The notes below the pieces were generated by a model. That model saw only the letters and a program-made list of their open reading frames with translations. It was not told the origin of the DNA and did no database searches. The position numbers and the translations under genes are program-made. A stretch of DNA of 64,000 bases, taken from contig NC_043010.1 in the NCBI RefSeq assembly GCF_006345805.1, forward strand, positions 68,076,001-68,140,000, in the 5' to 3' direction. Position 1 is the stretch's first letter, and each line of letters starts with the position of its first letter. This stretch comes from Octopus sinensis (taxonomy: Eukaryota). Shown in pieces: positions 24,606 to 37,477 of the stretch.

Positions 24606-26180
24606 AGTTGTGTGTGTTTGAGTTCCTCAAGACACTTGAAAACTTGGCGTGTCACTCACTCTTGGTTATGATGTCATAAGGGGCTGTTGTGGAGATGCAA
24701 TCTGGAATCGCTCTCTCTCTCTCTCTTCATCTGCTACTTATGTAGCTGATAAGTCAGGATTTTTCCCACTTTTTCTTTCATAGGTTGAGAGGCAGATGGG
24801 GTGGGGAATGGATATGGTAGCATCTGTGTGTGTGTAGTGATAGTGGCATCCTGTGTGTGTGTTTGGATGCTGTGGATGCAATGTGTATATCTGTGTGTGG
24901 TCTGTTGGAAAGTTAGTATATTGCTACTCTAACATCCTATCCAGGAGATCAATTACCTCTCAGCTACTCAGTTCCATGGAAGCCTTACCGCAACTGCGGT
25001 TTACAGCACCATCTGCCAACTCCACTCTTGCTTCTGCAAAGTTTTGGACTCAGTCTGGTCATTCCATACAACAAAACAAATGAATGGGTAGTGGACTTCA
25101 TCCATTGCTCTGCTTAACCCACCACCACTACCTGGTGTTGCCTTGGATGCCTTTAGTAGAGTTTGCTATGTAGTAAGGAGTTGTAAGTATTCATGCCATG
25201 CCTTCAGTTTTAGGGCTGAAGATATGTACCTTCCTACTTTCCTCTTACCAACTTAGCAGTGGGGTGCATGCATTTTGCAGGTCATTACTAGAGAGCTAAG
25301 CAAAACCTTGTTAATGATTTGCTCCTTTGTATACACCAACAAGAATATGCAAGTGTCAGTTGCCCTAGAAGAGCCCTTCTTTGACCAGCTCTGTATGAAC
25401 TTGGATGTTGTCCTGCTGACCACCCCTACTGAATGTTATGCTGGGTAATCATGGGTTAATCAGAACAAGCTTGATTGATTAAATGGCAAAGAAGTGAAAG
25501 CTCAAATTTACAGGCTTGGTCTTATTCTCTTACTTGCCTCCAACTGTATAATTATTCCTTTCCAGCCATGGCCACCACGTTTGTATAGTGATTCCTATGT
25601 GATTATGGCTATCACCACCACTCCATTGTGGCTCTTGTCTGGCTGTTTGTCTCCACCATTGTACAGTATCCAACTGTGACCAGCACTACATATAGTGGTT
25701 CCTGTCCCACCACCTTTAGTCAGGGTGATTCTATTTGATCATTTTATATATTTTTTTTATGATAGTATCTACAGTCTCTTTCCCTCTCTCTGTTTGTCTC
25801 TGTCTCTCACTCTCTCCCCCCTCTTCAGTCTATAAATTCTTTCTCTTTGCTATTTTTTTCATTTTACAAATGCTGTAACCAGATATTATCAGCTCATGTT
25901 TTCTCATTTTTTCCACCCTAAATTCTAAAATAACACTCACACACATATTTTCTGAGCGAGCATGCACATACATACACACACACACACACACACTGTTACC
26001 ATTACTCCAGGTCCATTGTGACCCAGGACAGTAATAGCTCTCAGGGTCTCATCTCTGAGTTAAATAGATTTTTGTAAGGGTAGACTGAGCTCCTCGGCTG
26101 TGGTGAAGGCAATCAATCTAGGCGCAAGAACCCTCCCTCTCTGCCAACATGCTCTAGATGGAAACTGAAAAGAAGCTCAT

Positions 26181-26221
<41 letters not shown>

Positions 26222-26247
26222 TGTTAGGTGTGATGTACAGAAATTGA

Positions 26248-26395
26248 ATATTGAGAAAAAAAAAAAAGGTTGTCGGAATTTTGGAAAAAAATCCTTTTAT
26301 TCATTATTATTAGCACTTTTGAAAGTGCTAATAATATTGAAGAAATAAAAGGATTTTTTTCCAAAATTCTGATGACTTCTTTTTCTTCTCAATAT
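26248..26395. repeat. ~148-bp AT-rich fold-back (MITE-like)
   Basis: TATTATTAGCACTTT-TG-AAAGTGCTAATAATA core plus GAATTTTGGAAAAAAATCCTTTTATT / AATAAAAGGATTTTTTTCCAAAATTC outer arms and ATATTGAGAA / TTCTCAATAT ends. Confidence 0.85.
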
Positions 26396-26643
26396 ATATA
26401 TATATAGACGACCGCTCGGTTCAAAGTCTCTCTTGACCAGAAATGGCCTGAACTCTTTGCATGAACACCCTCCCTGTACATAACTCCATGTCCCCCTACA
26501 TGGTCTTGCTTTTTGCTTTTTGAGTCAAAAAATTAACGTAACTATATATAAATACATCATCATCATTGTTTAATGTCTGCTTTCCATGCTGGCATCGGTT
26601 GTACGGTTTGACTGGTAAGCCAGATGGCTGCACTAGGTTCACA

Positions 26644-26820
26644 CAGTAATCTCTCGACTATCGTGGGTGTTATGTTCCAAAACACCCCGTGATAAGTGAA
26701 AATCTGTGAAGTAGAAACAATGCTGTATATTTTTTAAAATTATTTTTATAATTTGTGTATATTTATTTTATTGTAAATGCAAAAAAAGACACCACTGAGG
26801 AATTGATGTAAGCTTAAATA
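26644..26820 (+). mobile_element. Tigger/pogo-like DNA transposon end fragment
   Basis: CAGTAATCTCTCGACTATCGTGGGTGTTATGTTCCAAAACACCCC resembles Tigger-type terminal sequence; no partner TIR found. Confidence 0.45.
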
Positions 26821-27498
26821 ATAAGCTGCAATATGGTGAGGGATTACTGTATGCATATATTTATGTGTGTGTCTTTGCACCTGTGTTTGTCCACTCCACC
26901 CCACCATTGCTTGACAACTGATGCTGGTGAGTTTACATCCCTGTAACTTAGCGGTTCAGCAAAAGGGATTGATAGAGTAAGTACCAGGCTTACATAGAAT
27001 AAGTCCTGGGGTCGATTTCTTCGACTATAAGGTGGTGCTCCAGCATGGCCGTAGTCGAATGACCGAAACCAATAAGAGAATATAAGAATCACTGGTCACA
27101 ATGCATTTCCTTGTATTGTTGTAGCTTTTGGATGCTACCGCCTTGCTGGCTAGGTGGGCAGACTAACAGTGTCCCCTGAACAGGGTGCCAGTCTACAGCG
27201 ACGTCACCTGTTCACAGCTGAGTGGACTGGAGCAATGCGACATGAAGTGTTTTTGCTCTAGAAAACAATGCATTGCCTGTTTGGGAATTGAAACCACAAT
27301 TTTGCAATTGTGTGTGCAACACCCTTACCACTAGGCCACATGTCTTCACTCTTATATTCATGAGAAATCCGGCTGTTATTTCCAGCAGGTTGCAAGCACT
27401 GTGTGAGGGCCCCGTCGAAGGGCGTGTTTATAATCTGCGAGGACAAAGTGAGAATTTGGAGTAGGATAATGATCGAGATTTGAACCTTGTTGTAACAG

Positions 27499-27579
27499 AA
27501 TTTTGCGAGAGGATGTTCAGAGAAAGTAGGTGGGGGCCATGTGTTGACACAAAAAACACTGCTCCGTCACAATTTGATG
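27499..27579 (+). CDS. Candidate internal exon (81 nt)
   Basis: TTGTTGTAACAG acceptor and G|GTAAGA donor; two open frames (NFARGCSEKVGGGHVLTQKTLLRHNLM or FCERMFRESRWGPCVDTKNTAPSQFD); locally CpG-rich unique sequence. Confidence 0.25.
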
Positions 27580-27899
27580 GTAAGACTGATAATTGCTGGA
27601 ATGGCCTCATTTCTGAAGCAGAATCTGTTAAATATGTTCTTTTAGCCCCACCAAATCTCACCCACTTCTGACTCTTGTACTGCTTTTAGTTTATTGAGTT
27701 CTTTGTTTTTTTTTGTTTTTTTTTTGCTTTTGCTATTTTACTTTTCATTTGCTATTTTCCTTATTGTTTCCATTTGGTTTTTGCAGTTAAGCCCTCGCTC
27801 TTGCTCCCCCCATCTCTCTCTGTCTCTCTCACTTTCTCTCTCTCTCTCTTATTTTATGTGTCTTCTATATATCCATCTGCATGTATCTGTTGTGTCTAT

Positions 27900-28162
27900 C
27901 TGTATCTAGCTATCTGTTTGTCTGTCTGTCTGTCTTTTTGTCTGTCTGTCTATCTGTCTGTCTGTCTGTCTGTTTATTTGTCTGTCTATCTGTCTGTCTA
28001 TCTGTCTATCTATCTGTCTGTCTGTCTGTCTATTTGTCTGTCTGTCTGTTCATCTGTCTGTCTATCTGTCTGTCTTTTTGTCTATCTGTCTGTCTATCTT
28101 TTTGTCTATCTGTCTGTCTATATATCTGTCTATTTGTCTGTCTGTCTGTCTATCTGTCTGTC

Positions 28163-28209
<47 letters not shown>

Positions 28210-28560
28210 GTCTGTCTTTTTGTCTATCTGTCTGTCTTTTTGTCTATCTGTCTGTCTGTCTGTCTGTCTTTTTGTCTGTCTGCCTATCTGTCTGTCTGTC
28301 TATTTGTCTGTCTCTCTGTTTGTCTGTCTCTCTGTTTGTCTGTCTCTCTGTTTGTCTGCCTGTCTGTCTGTCTCTCTGTCTATCTGTCTGTTTTCCTTTT
28401 TTTGTCTGTCTGTCTTTTTTGTCTGTCTTTCTTTATCTGTCTGTTTGTCTTTTTTGTCTCTCTGTCTGTTTGCTTCTCTGTGTACATGTATGTATCTGTC
28501 TGTCTGTCTCTCTCTCTTGTCAGTCTGTTTGTTTCTGAGTGTCTGTTTGTCTAGCTGACT
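27900..28560. repeat. (TCTG/TCTA)n degenerate tetranucleotide array
   Basis: Direct inspection; source of the 254-aa and 225-aa artefact ORFs. Confidence 0.95.
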
Positions 28561-29924
28561 ATCTGTCTAATCTATCTACCCAAAACACACCTACGCACGC
28601 ACACACACACATACTCTGCATGTTTGTGTTTTGTCTACATCTTTCCGTATATCTGTCTGTACGTGAGTCTCTTTTCTCCTCAGTGCATGCTCCCCCCATC
28701 ACCACCACCACCACCACTCACCCTCTGGCTGGCTTATATGCACTTCTTCCCTATCTCCTTTCCTCTTTGTCCTTCTCTTTCTCCCTTTCTTTCCCCCTCC
28801 TTCGCTCACTTTCTCTCTTTCTCACATCCCTCTCTGTTTTTTCTTCGGTATTTGAATTTTTATTCTCTAACATGTTCCCAATAATGTTTTTGCTGTTGTT
28901 GTTGCTGTTGGTAGAAGTGGTAGTTATTGGCCCAGTGGTTAGAGCGTCAGGCTCACAGTCATGAAGTAGTGAGTTCGATTCCAGGCACGGGCTGTGTGTG
29001 TATTATGTTCTTGATCAAGACATTTTATTTCATGTTACTCCAGTTTGCTAGCTCTATCGGCCTTTGCCTTTCCCTTGGATAACATTGGTGGCATGGAGAG
29101 GACAGGCTTGTATGCATGCACGACTGCTGGTCTTCCATAAGCAACCTTACCTGGACTTGTGCCCAAGGTGACATGCAGTGAAACTGAACCCGGAACCATG
29201 TAGTTGATAAGCAAGCTTCTTACCACACACGCATGCCTATGCTTATAGCTACACAGCCTTGCCGGCACCTACACACTCACACACACACACACACGAGGGG
29301 TTGCTGAATAGTTCCTGGCTTTAAGAGTATCACAAAAGGGTTGGTTGAAGGTCCAATCTTCTGAGTTCTTTTACAGGGCTTAGAAAAACTGAAGGACCAC
29401 TGCAATGAGTGTGTGAATCTGAGGAGGGAATATCATCATCATTTAACGTCTGTTGTCCATGTTGGTAAGGTTGGGCGGTTTGACTGGGCTGGTATCCTAG
29501 AAGGCTGCACCAAACTCCACTTTGATTTGGCATGGTTTTCTATAGCTGAATGCCCTTCCTGACATCAACTACTCAGAGTGTAATGGGTGCTTTTACGTGC
29601 TACCAGCACGTGTATCATTTGTGTGACACAGGGGTGCTTTTAAGTGCCACCAGCATGGGTGCCAATTTGCATGACACTGGTATCTTCCACATCTGTGACT
29701 TTGCTTGGCTTGATGGGTCTTCTTCTGAAGCACGACATAATGCCAAAAGTCTTGGTTATTACCTCAGTGAGGACCAACTCCAGAAAGGTACTCAACCACT
29801 TTACCTCTGTGAGGCCCAACATGTTGAATATGATCATAATTAATTGATCCTCCTGTATTTTCTTTTACCCCAAGCCAAGAATTTTTCAGCACTCCCTCAC
29901 ATATTCAATGTTTCATTATCGTTA

Positions 29925-30900
29925 GAAGACAGCATGCTGGCAGAATCATTAGCATGTTGGACAAAATGTGCTTTACATTCTAGTTCAAATTCTGCTGAGG
30001 TCAATTTTGTCTTTCATCCTTACAGGGTTGATAAAATAAGTAGCAGTTGAACAAGGGTGTCGATGTAATCGACTTACTCCCTTCCCCGAAAATTGCTGGC
30101 CCTCTCCCTAAATTTGCAACCATTATTATTACAAGGCTTTTTTATGGGGAGATATCAGGGAGCCATATATATATTCCATACATTTACATAGGAAAAGTCA
30201 CTGGGACATATGTTTATGGTGTAAAGGTCAGTGGGTCATATATTAATACAAAAAGTGGTTACAAAGATACACAGAGCAGAAGTCACTTAAAGACAAGGTT
30301 AGAATACAAATATATCAAGTCACAAAATTGTTAGAGCATTGGTAAAAATGCTTTGCTCTGTTTGTTCTAACGCTTTATTCTGTGAGTTCAAATCTCAGTC
30401 CTACTGGGGTCAACATACCTTTCATTTTACTGGTGTTGATAAAATAAAGCATTTAACCTCTCACTGAATTGTCCTGTACTGTCCACAATGTTTTTCTGAG
30501 TTCTTAGTGGAGTATAAAGAAAACATTATTATTATTATTATTATTTCTTCTTCTTCTTCGTCATAGTAGTAGTAGTAGTAGCAGCAGTAACATAATAGCA
30601 TGCTTAGTGCTGTTTCTTCTGGCTTGATATTCCAAGTTCAAATTCTGTTGATGTCAACTTTACCTGTCATCCTTTTGGGGTTCAATGAAATAAGTACCAG
30701 TTAATCACTAATTGACTAGCCCCATCCCAAAATTTCAGGCCCTTTGTCAAGGATTATTAATTGTTATGAAGAAAATTCTACTGGGGTCAACTTTACTTTT
30801 CGTCTTTTCAGGGTTGATAAAATAAGTACCAGTTTAGCAGTGGGATCCATGTTATCTCCTAACCCTTCCCCCTAAATTTCAGGCCCTGTGCCTATATTAA
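29925..30900 (+). mobile_element. Cluster of about 4 decayed SINE family C copies
   Basis: Repeated GTCAACTTT...TCATCCTTT.GGGGTTGATAAAATAAGTACCAG central motif; better-preserved copy on the minus strand at 36083-36303. Confidence 0.7.
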
Positions 30901-30911
30901 TAATAAATAAA

Positions 30912-31409
30912 TAAATGCACCCTTTTTAAAGCCTAGCCAGGCTCATGGGCCCAGTTTCCCAGTTTCTGTGGTGTATGTGTTCTCTAGCTGGACGGGATGC
31001 CAGTCCATCGCAGCGTTGCTCATTTTTGACTGCTGAGTGGACTGGAGCAACGTGAAATGAAGTGTTTTGCTCAAGAACACAACGCGTCGCCCGGTCCAGG
31101 AATCGAAACCACAATCTTATGATCATGGTGCTGACATCCTAACCACTAAGCCACGCACCTCCACAAATAAATGCGCCCTTTTAAAGCCTAGCCAGGCTCA
31201 TGGGCCCAGTTTCCCGGTTTCAATGGCGTATGTGTTCCCCAGCTGGACGGGATGCCAGTCCATCACAGTGTTACTCATTTTTGCCAGCTGAGTGGACTGG
31301 AGCAACATGAAATGAAATGTTTTGCTCAAGAGCACAACGCGCCGCCCGGTCCAGGAATCGAAACCACAATCTTACGATCATGATGCTGACACCCTAACCA
31401 CTAAGCCAC
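30912..31409 (-). mobile_element. Two tandem copies of tRNA-derived SINE family D
   Basis: Copies 30912-31162 and 31167-31409; minus-strand head GGCTTAGTGGTTAGGG...GGTTTCGATTCC and (TTTA)n tail. Third copy at 38381-38634. Confidence 0.85.
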
Positions 31410-32310
31410 TTACTTGCCTACACATGTGCCTATATTAGAAAGAATTATTATTATCATTAATCAACACGACTTTTGATACGTCAACGTATTATTCTCTTTG
31501 TCTGGTCTCGTGTCAGTCAATAATACATCTTTAAAGTAAAATGCAAAAAATAATAATAATATTAATAATAATAATAATAAAGTAAAACTGTTTTTCTTTT
31601 ACAGACTTCTATTTTTGTATGATTATTTTTAATTAACGTCTCTTTCACATGACCACAGTGAAAACAAATGAGTTTCTCAATAAATATGCGTAATAAATGC
31701 TTACAGTAGTGGCATGCAGCTCGTTGGGTTATGGTACCAGTTATTCCCATGACTGAATGGAAGTATAAACATGAATAAACTCATTGAATTTGTAAAGAAA
31801 CACATGTAACTATAAATGGACAGTGTGTCTTGTGTGTGTGTGTAATTAAAGCAGCTCCACTTCCTAACCACTTGTAGCAGTGTTATGAAGCCATGTGACT
31901 TTGTGGTTTGGATACTTGGCCCGCAATCACATGGTTGTGAGTTCAATTCCTGGTGACATGTTGTGTCCTTAAGCAAGACACTTTATTTTGTGTTACTCCA
32001 TTTTACTCTGCTGGCAAAAATGGGTTGTTTGCATTTCGAAGGGCCATCCTTGTCACTCTCTGTGAGAATTACATTAACCCTTTAGCGTTCACATTATTCC
32101 ATCAAAAGGAAGGTTCATTGATTGACATGTCTTCAATTAACCATGCTTTATCTTGTAGCTTTGAAATTTCGAAGAGGTAACTGTTAAATTTTAGAAGGAG
32201 AGGCCAGATCTGCCCTATTTGAGCATAAAACAGGTAGAATATTTGGGCCAGTATGATGGCCAGTTTACGTACTAAAGGAATACTCAGCCACTTGCACACT
32301 TAGTTCACAA

Positions 32311-32483
32311 GGTGCAGGAGTGGCTGTGTGGTAAGAAGCTTACTTTCCAACCATATGGTTCCGGGTTCAGTCTCACTGTGTGGCACCTTGGGCAATTGTC
32401 TTCTACTATAGCCTAGGGCTGACCAAAGCCTTGTGAGTGGATTTGGCAGACGGAAACTGAAAGAAGCCCATCGTATATATGTG

Positions 32484-32535
<52 letters not shown>

Positions 32536-32740
32536 TGTGTGTGTTTGTCACCCCCAACATCGCTTGACAACTGATGCTGGTGTATTTACGTCCCCGTAAC
32601 TTAGCGCTTCAGCCAAAGAGGCCGATAGAATAAGCACTTGGCTTCCAAAGAATAAGTCCTGGAGTCGATTTGCTTGACTAAAGGCAGTGCTCCAGCATGA
32701 CCGCAGTCAAATGACTGAAACAAATAAAAGAGTAAAAAAG
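32311..32740 (+). mobile_element. tRNA-derived SINE family A, full length
   Basis: GGTGCAGGAGTGGCTGTGTGG head, central (TG)n, and AAAAGAGTAAAA tail. Confidence 0.9.
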
Positions 32741-33119
32741 TGTAAGCATCCCAATTTGTTGATCATATCAACTGGAGCACTCTTCACCATAACTGATGTG
32801 CTTAAGAAATTTGCTGCCCAACCATGTGGGTTTTGGGTTCAATCCCATCGTTTGGCACTTTGAGCAAGTAGTGTCTTCTACTGTTGTCCTTGTCGAACTA
32901 AAGACAAGCACACACATACAAGTGCAGACATGGTTCAGTGATTAATAAGTTTACTTCCTAGCCACATGTAATGCCTTACATATAAAGGTGTGTGTGTGTT
33001 CTATTTTTAGTTTGAAATTTTCCAGTGAGGTAGGAGCCGGCGTCTAACGAATATACAAAATTTCACATGTGTGTGCATGCTTATATATGTATATATATGT
33101 ATGTATATATGTGTATGTG

Positions 33120-33150
<31 letters not shown>

Positions 33151-33859
33151 GCCAACATGGAAAACAAATGTTAAATGATGATGATATATAATGCATTAGT
33201 CAGAGGAAGATAGTGTCCTTGACCTTTTTCATGTCTTCTGTGACAAATGCTTGAATTTATTCCTTGCATGGAGACCTGGCCCCAAATGGTTGCAATAAAC
33301 AGTGGATCCCACTAAAAGTGACCGAGAGCAAAGCAGAGGTTTTTAACAGGTTTTTTAGCAGGAGTTAAAAAAAAATTGTATTAGATCTGACCTAGCAGAT
33401 CTATGATTGAAGGCACTCCAGCTGTGATCAACCTTTTTTTTTTTTTCTTAAATGTACTTAAATGTCACTTAGCGGTTCGGCAAAAGAGACCGATAGAATA
33501 AGTACTGGGCTTACAAAAATAAGTCCCGGGGTTGATTTGCTCAACTAAAGGCGGTGCTCCAGCATGGCCGCAGTCAAATGACTGAAACAAGTAAAAGAGT
33601 AAAGAGTAAAAGAGAGTACAGGAAACTGATGACAATGCTATTGAGTGTATCCTTTATCAGATTGTGGTAATGGGTGATTTTAAGTAGACTTGGCTACTGT
33701 TTCTAGTAGGAAGAGTGACTAAACAGTGTCTCATTGGTTTGTGAGAATGATCTGATGGTGGGAGGTTGTTGCATGTATTTTTACATGAAATATCTTTTCT
33801 TTGATACCTGACTTTAATCTTTTAGCGCTCAGATTACTCTGTCAACTGTAATGTTTATT

Positions 33860-34238
33860 CATTACCTCCGCTTTCACTATGGTGGAGGTATTGTTTTCAG
33901 TCGTCTTTGTTTGTTTGTCTGTCCATGAACAAGATATCTCAAGAACCACTGGATAGATTCACATGAAACTTTCAGGAGTGTGTGGCCTCGTGACTGACAC
34001 AAATTGATTAGATTTTGGGATTGATCTCCTACCAGACAAGGATTCTAGATTATTTTTCCTGTTATTTTTTTTTTTTTGCTTGATTTTTGAGAGTGGTCAA
34101 GTTTCATTTTTAGTATTCTTGTTTGTGAGAGCAGTCGAGTTTATTTCAGATATTCTCATTTTAAAAATCATCTCTGGCTAATCGTTGAGAGGATGTTGGT
34201 GTTGCCATGGCAGAGGTTTGTGCTCTCTCCATGCTCTT
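33860..34238 (+). mobile_element. Helentron-associated (HINE/DINE-like) non-autonomous element
   Basis: 5' TTACCTCCGC...GGTGGAGGTA hairpin, (GTTT/GTCT)n, 3' GGCAGAGGT subterminal inverted motif; interrupts a piggyBac-like MITE. Family name is by resemblance only. Confidence 0.5.
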
Positions 34239-35135
34239 GTTCTCTTTGTTTTCATAACTTCAAGATTTCAATGATGTGATTGTTTATTTTTTAGAATGAC
34301 ATTGTAAGGTAGGTGTGAGAGGACAGATCTGGTCAGATTGAACATAAAACAAGGAGAATATTTGGCTGGTTTAATCCTTCCGTATTTAAACCAGCTATAT
34401 CTGGCCCAATTATCTGACCTGTTTTGTGTTCAAATTGGCCAGATCAGGCCTCACACACTTCCCCTACAATGTCATTCTTAAAATAAACAGCCACATCATT
34501 TAAATCTTATTTCTTTACTGCCCACAAGGGGCTACACACAGAAGGGACAAACAAAGACAGACAAACAGATGTCAATTATATTGACCCCGAAAAGATGAAA
34601 GGCAAAGATCTCAATGCTATAAGATAATATAGAATTCAATTTCCATCTACCAAATCCACTCATGAGGCTTTGGTTGGCCTGAGATAGTAGTACAGTATGA
34701 CATTTGTTCAAGGTGCCGTACAGTGGTATTGAACCTGGAACCATGTAGTTGGGAAGCAAACTCCTTACCACACAGCCATGCCTGCACCTATAGTAAGTAA
34801 ACCTGTATCAAAGAAATCATTAACAATTGAATAATTAGTAGCAAAACACCTTTCACTGAGTAATTAGTATCAAAGAAATTCGCCATTATTTGTGTAATTA
34901 GTGAGTCTCAAAGAAATCATTCATTGTTGACTAATTAATGAGTATTCAGGTGTAAAAGAGAATTGAAGGTGTCTGGCTCTTGTAAACTGTACAGTTTTTT
35001 TTTTTTATTGGTTTTTCGTGACACGTTTATTTCTTGTTTTTACTTTTCACTTGTTTCATTCATTGGACTGCAGCCATTCTGGGGCATTGCCTTGAAGTTA
35101 ACAAATTGGCCCCAGTACTTATATATATATGTGTA

Positions 35136-35173
35136 TCTTTCTGTTGAAGAGCGTAGGCTCGAAACGTTAAAGA
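35136..35173 (+). ncRNA. Second minimal type I hammerhead-like motif (A6 replaced by U)
   Basis: UCUUU-CUGUUGA-A-GAGC(GUAG)GCUC-GAAAC-GUU-AAAGA: perfect 5-bp stem I, 4-bp stem II with tetraloop, palindromic AACGUU stem III. Confidence 0.55.
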
Positions 35174-36041
35174 CTTGTTTTATTTATATTTCCTGAGCGC
35201 CATACTAATACAATTGTTCGTTTGTTTTCCACCTGCCTTCGTCTTTTGTCTATTTTCATAAAGCTTCCCGTTATATATATATATATATATATATATATTT
35301 CTATTTTTTTTTCAAGCTTGATGTTTATTCTATCATTCTATTTTGCTGAACTGCTATGTTACTGGTATGTAACAAACCAACACTGGTTGTCAAGGGGTGT
35401 TGGGAGATACACACATACACACACACATGATGGGCTTCTTTCAGTTTCCATCTACCAAATCCATTCACAAGGCTTTGGTTCGCCCGAGACTATAGAAGAA
35501 ACATATCCAAATGCCCAAGGTGCTGCACAGTGGGACTGAACCCATTCCTCCATTCCACATGATTGGGAGGTAAGCCTCTTAACCACACAACCATGCTTGT
35601 GGAGATTTATGAAACCTTGTATGTTTATTTATTTGGTTATCTTTGTGTATTTTTTATCAGTTTACGTCAATATATTGAATATATATATATACATACATAC
35701 ATACATACACACACACGCACACACAATTATCGAACAATGACGAGTGCTCAACACTGCATTGGTAGATCAGGCATTAGACTACAGGCCATGCTGGGGCACT
35801 GCCTTGAATATTTAGTCGAATGAATCAACCTCAGCATTTACCAAACCACTAAGTTACAGGGATGTAAATGCACCAACACCAGTTGGCAAGTGGTGATGGG
35901 GGGGGGACAGACAGACAAAAACACACACGTCTACCAAATCCACTCATAAGGCTTCAGTCGATCCAAGGCTATAGTAGAAGACACTTGCCCAAGGTGCCAC
36001 GCAGTAGGACTGAACCTGGAACTGTGTGGCTGAGAAGCCAG

Positions 36042-36082
<41 letters not shown>

Positions 36083-36083
<1 letters not shown>

Positions 36084-36303
36084 TTATTGGTTTCAAATTT
36101 TGGCTCAAGACCAGTAATTTCAGGGGTGGGGAATAAGTTGATGACATTGATTCCATTGCGCCACTGGTACCTATTTTTATCAGCCCACCGAAAGGATGAA
36201 AGGCAAAGTCGACCTCGGAAGAATTTGAACTCAGAATGCAAAGATGGCTGAAATGCCACTAAGCATTTTACCTAGTGTGATAACAATTTTTCCAGCATGC
36301 TCC
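36083..36303 (-). mobile_element. SINE family C
   Basis: Minus strand GAGTTCAAATTCTTCCGAGGTCGACTTTGCCTTTCATCCTTTCGGTGGGCTGATAAAAATAGGTACCAG...AAATTTGAAACCAATAAATA. Confidence 0.75.
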
Positions 36304-37426
36304 CTTGTGTGTGTGTGTGTGTGTGTGTATTGGATTTCGTTCCTGCTAAGCTGATTTAGCTCCCCCTTCTTCCCTCTCTTCCCACCCATCTTTCCCCCGA
36401 GTGTGTATATGTGTGTTTATCATAATTTATGCATTGACTTTTGTCATGCTTGCATATATTAGATGGGTCTCCGCCAGCAAAGTACCTCACCATATATGTA
36501 CGTACAGAAAGGAGCAAGGAGTAGAGTGACATCATCTTCCATGCCCTCGCGCACACAATATAGCATCGGGGCGTTTGCTCGTACCTGAGATAAACTTGTA
36601 TACATTAGCACCATACCACTGTATGGCCCTAGCAACAGCTTAGTGTGTGTCACCAAATAGTTTTATCACTGCTTTAGTCATGTTGCTCCCTAACCTTTGC
36701 AGTGCTTGAGATTTGCAATATCCTGGTGCTAATCAGGATACACTACTGTTATAGCCCATAATAATGCATCTGCAAATTCACCAGATTTTCTGTGGCATGC
36801 ATTCAATTTGAGGGGAAGATTATCCTCTTTCTACCAGCCTTGGTGTAACATAATATTTCCCTACTATTGGCCCACAATATGGTGATGTTTTATGCCTAAT
36901 TAAAATTAAGGGGATTATATAATTTCTTTGGCGTTGGCAGCTGACAAGATGTAGCTCTGCAGACCCAGTCGTTGTTACCTTCTCACTTCACCCCGCCTTA
37001 CTATTTTGCCGGAAACACTCCACCCATTTTATCAAGCATCAGCCACCTTTATTAAGAAGATCTGTTATTCTGATCTGGAAATTTGAAGCTGGTGTTGTAA
37101 CACACACACATACTGGATATAGCAGGGTGTCTAATGACGTGGGGGTGTGTGAGGAGTATGCTGTGAAGAGGCTGTTTAAAATAGATGTTTGTCTGTCATT
37201 TGTATGTCTCTACCTGTGTGTATGGGCCTGGGGTTCTGATTACTTTAACAGCCTGTAGCTGTTTTGAGTTTTCTTATTATTTTCTTCCCAGACAATACTG
37301 TTTAGGGTACACCTGACTTTTCTAACTTTGGGTTTGTTTATCTTTATAATTGTTCATTATACCTGTGTTTTATCTTGCTGTGTCTGTGAGTAAAACTGTA
37401 CATCTGTATGTGTGTGTGTGTTTCAG

Positions 37427-37477
37427 GTAGCTGGTGATGTACTGAAAGACGTATGCAAAAAGTTCTTAGGGAATTGA
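37427..37477 (+). CDS. Candidate terminal coding exon (VAGDVLKDVCKKFLGN*)
   Basis: (TG)n-TTTCAG acceptor, phase 0, protein-like 16 codons to TGA. No homology recognised. Confidence 0.2.
   Translation, partial: VAGDVLKDVCKKFLGN

Noticed and set aside
24900-25700. Possible decayed LINE endonuclease region or exon
   Set aside because: Only a faint resemblance (WILYNGGD...HNGVVV on the minus strand); several short frames on both strands, none decisive.
27380-27579. In-frame TAG between two open segments as an A-to-I recoded stop (UAG to UIG)
   Set aside because: No homology supports a continuous protein; an acceptor at 27498 explains the downstream part without recoding, and a minus-strand acceptor at 27437 is an equally plausible reading.
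28925-28990. tRNA-like sequence
   Set aside because: Head of SINE family D that continues into SINE body; no complete cloverleaf.
36356-36656. CpG-rich unique stretch with ORFs on both strands, vaguely ankyrin-like on minus
   Set aside because: Lacks the TPLH/GxTAL consensus; frame and strand cannot be determined.
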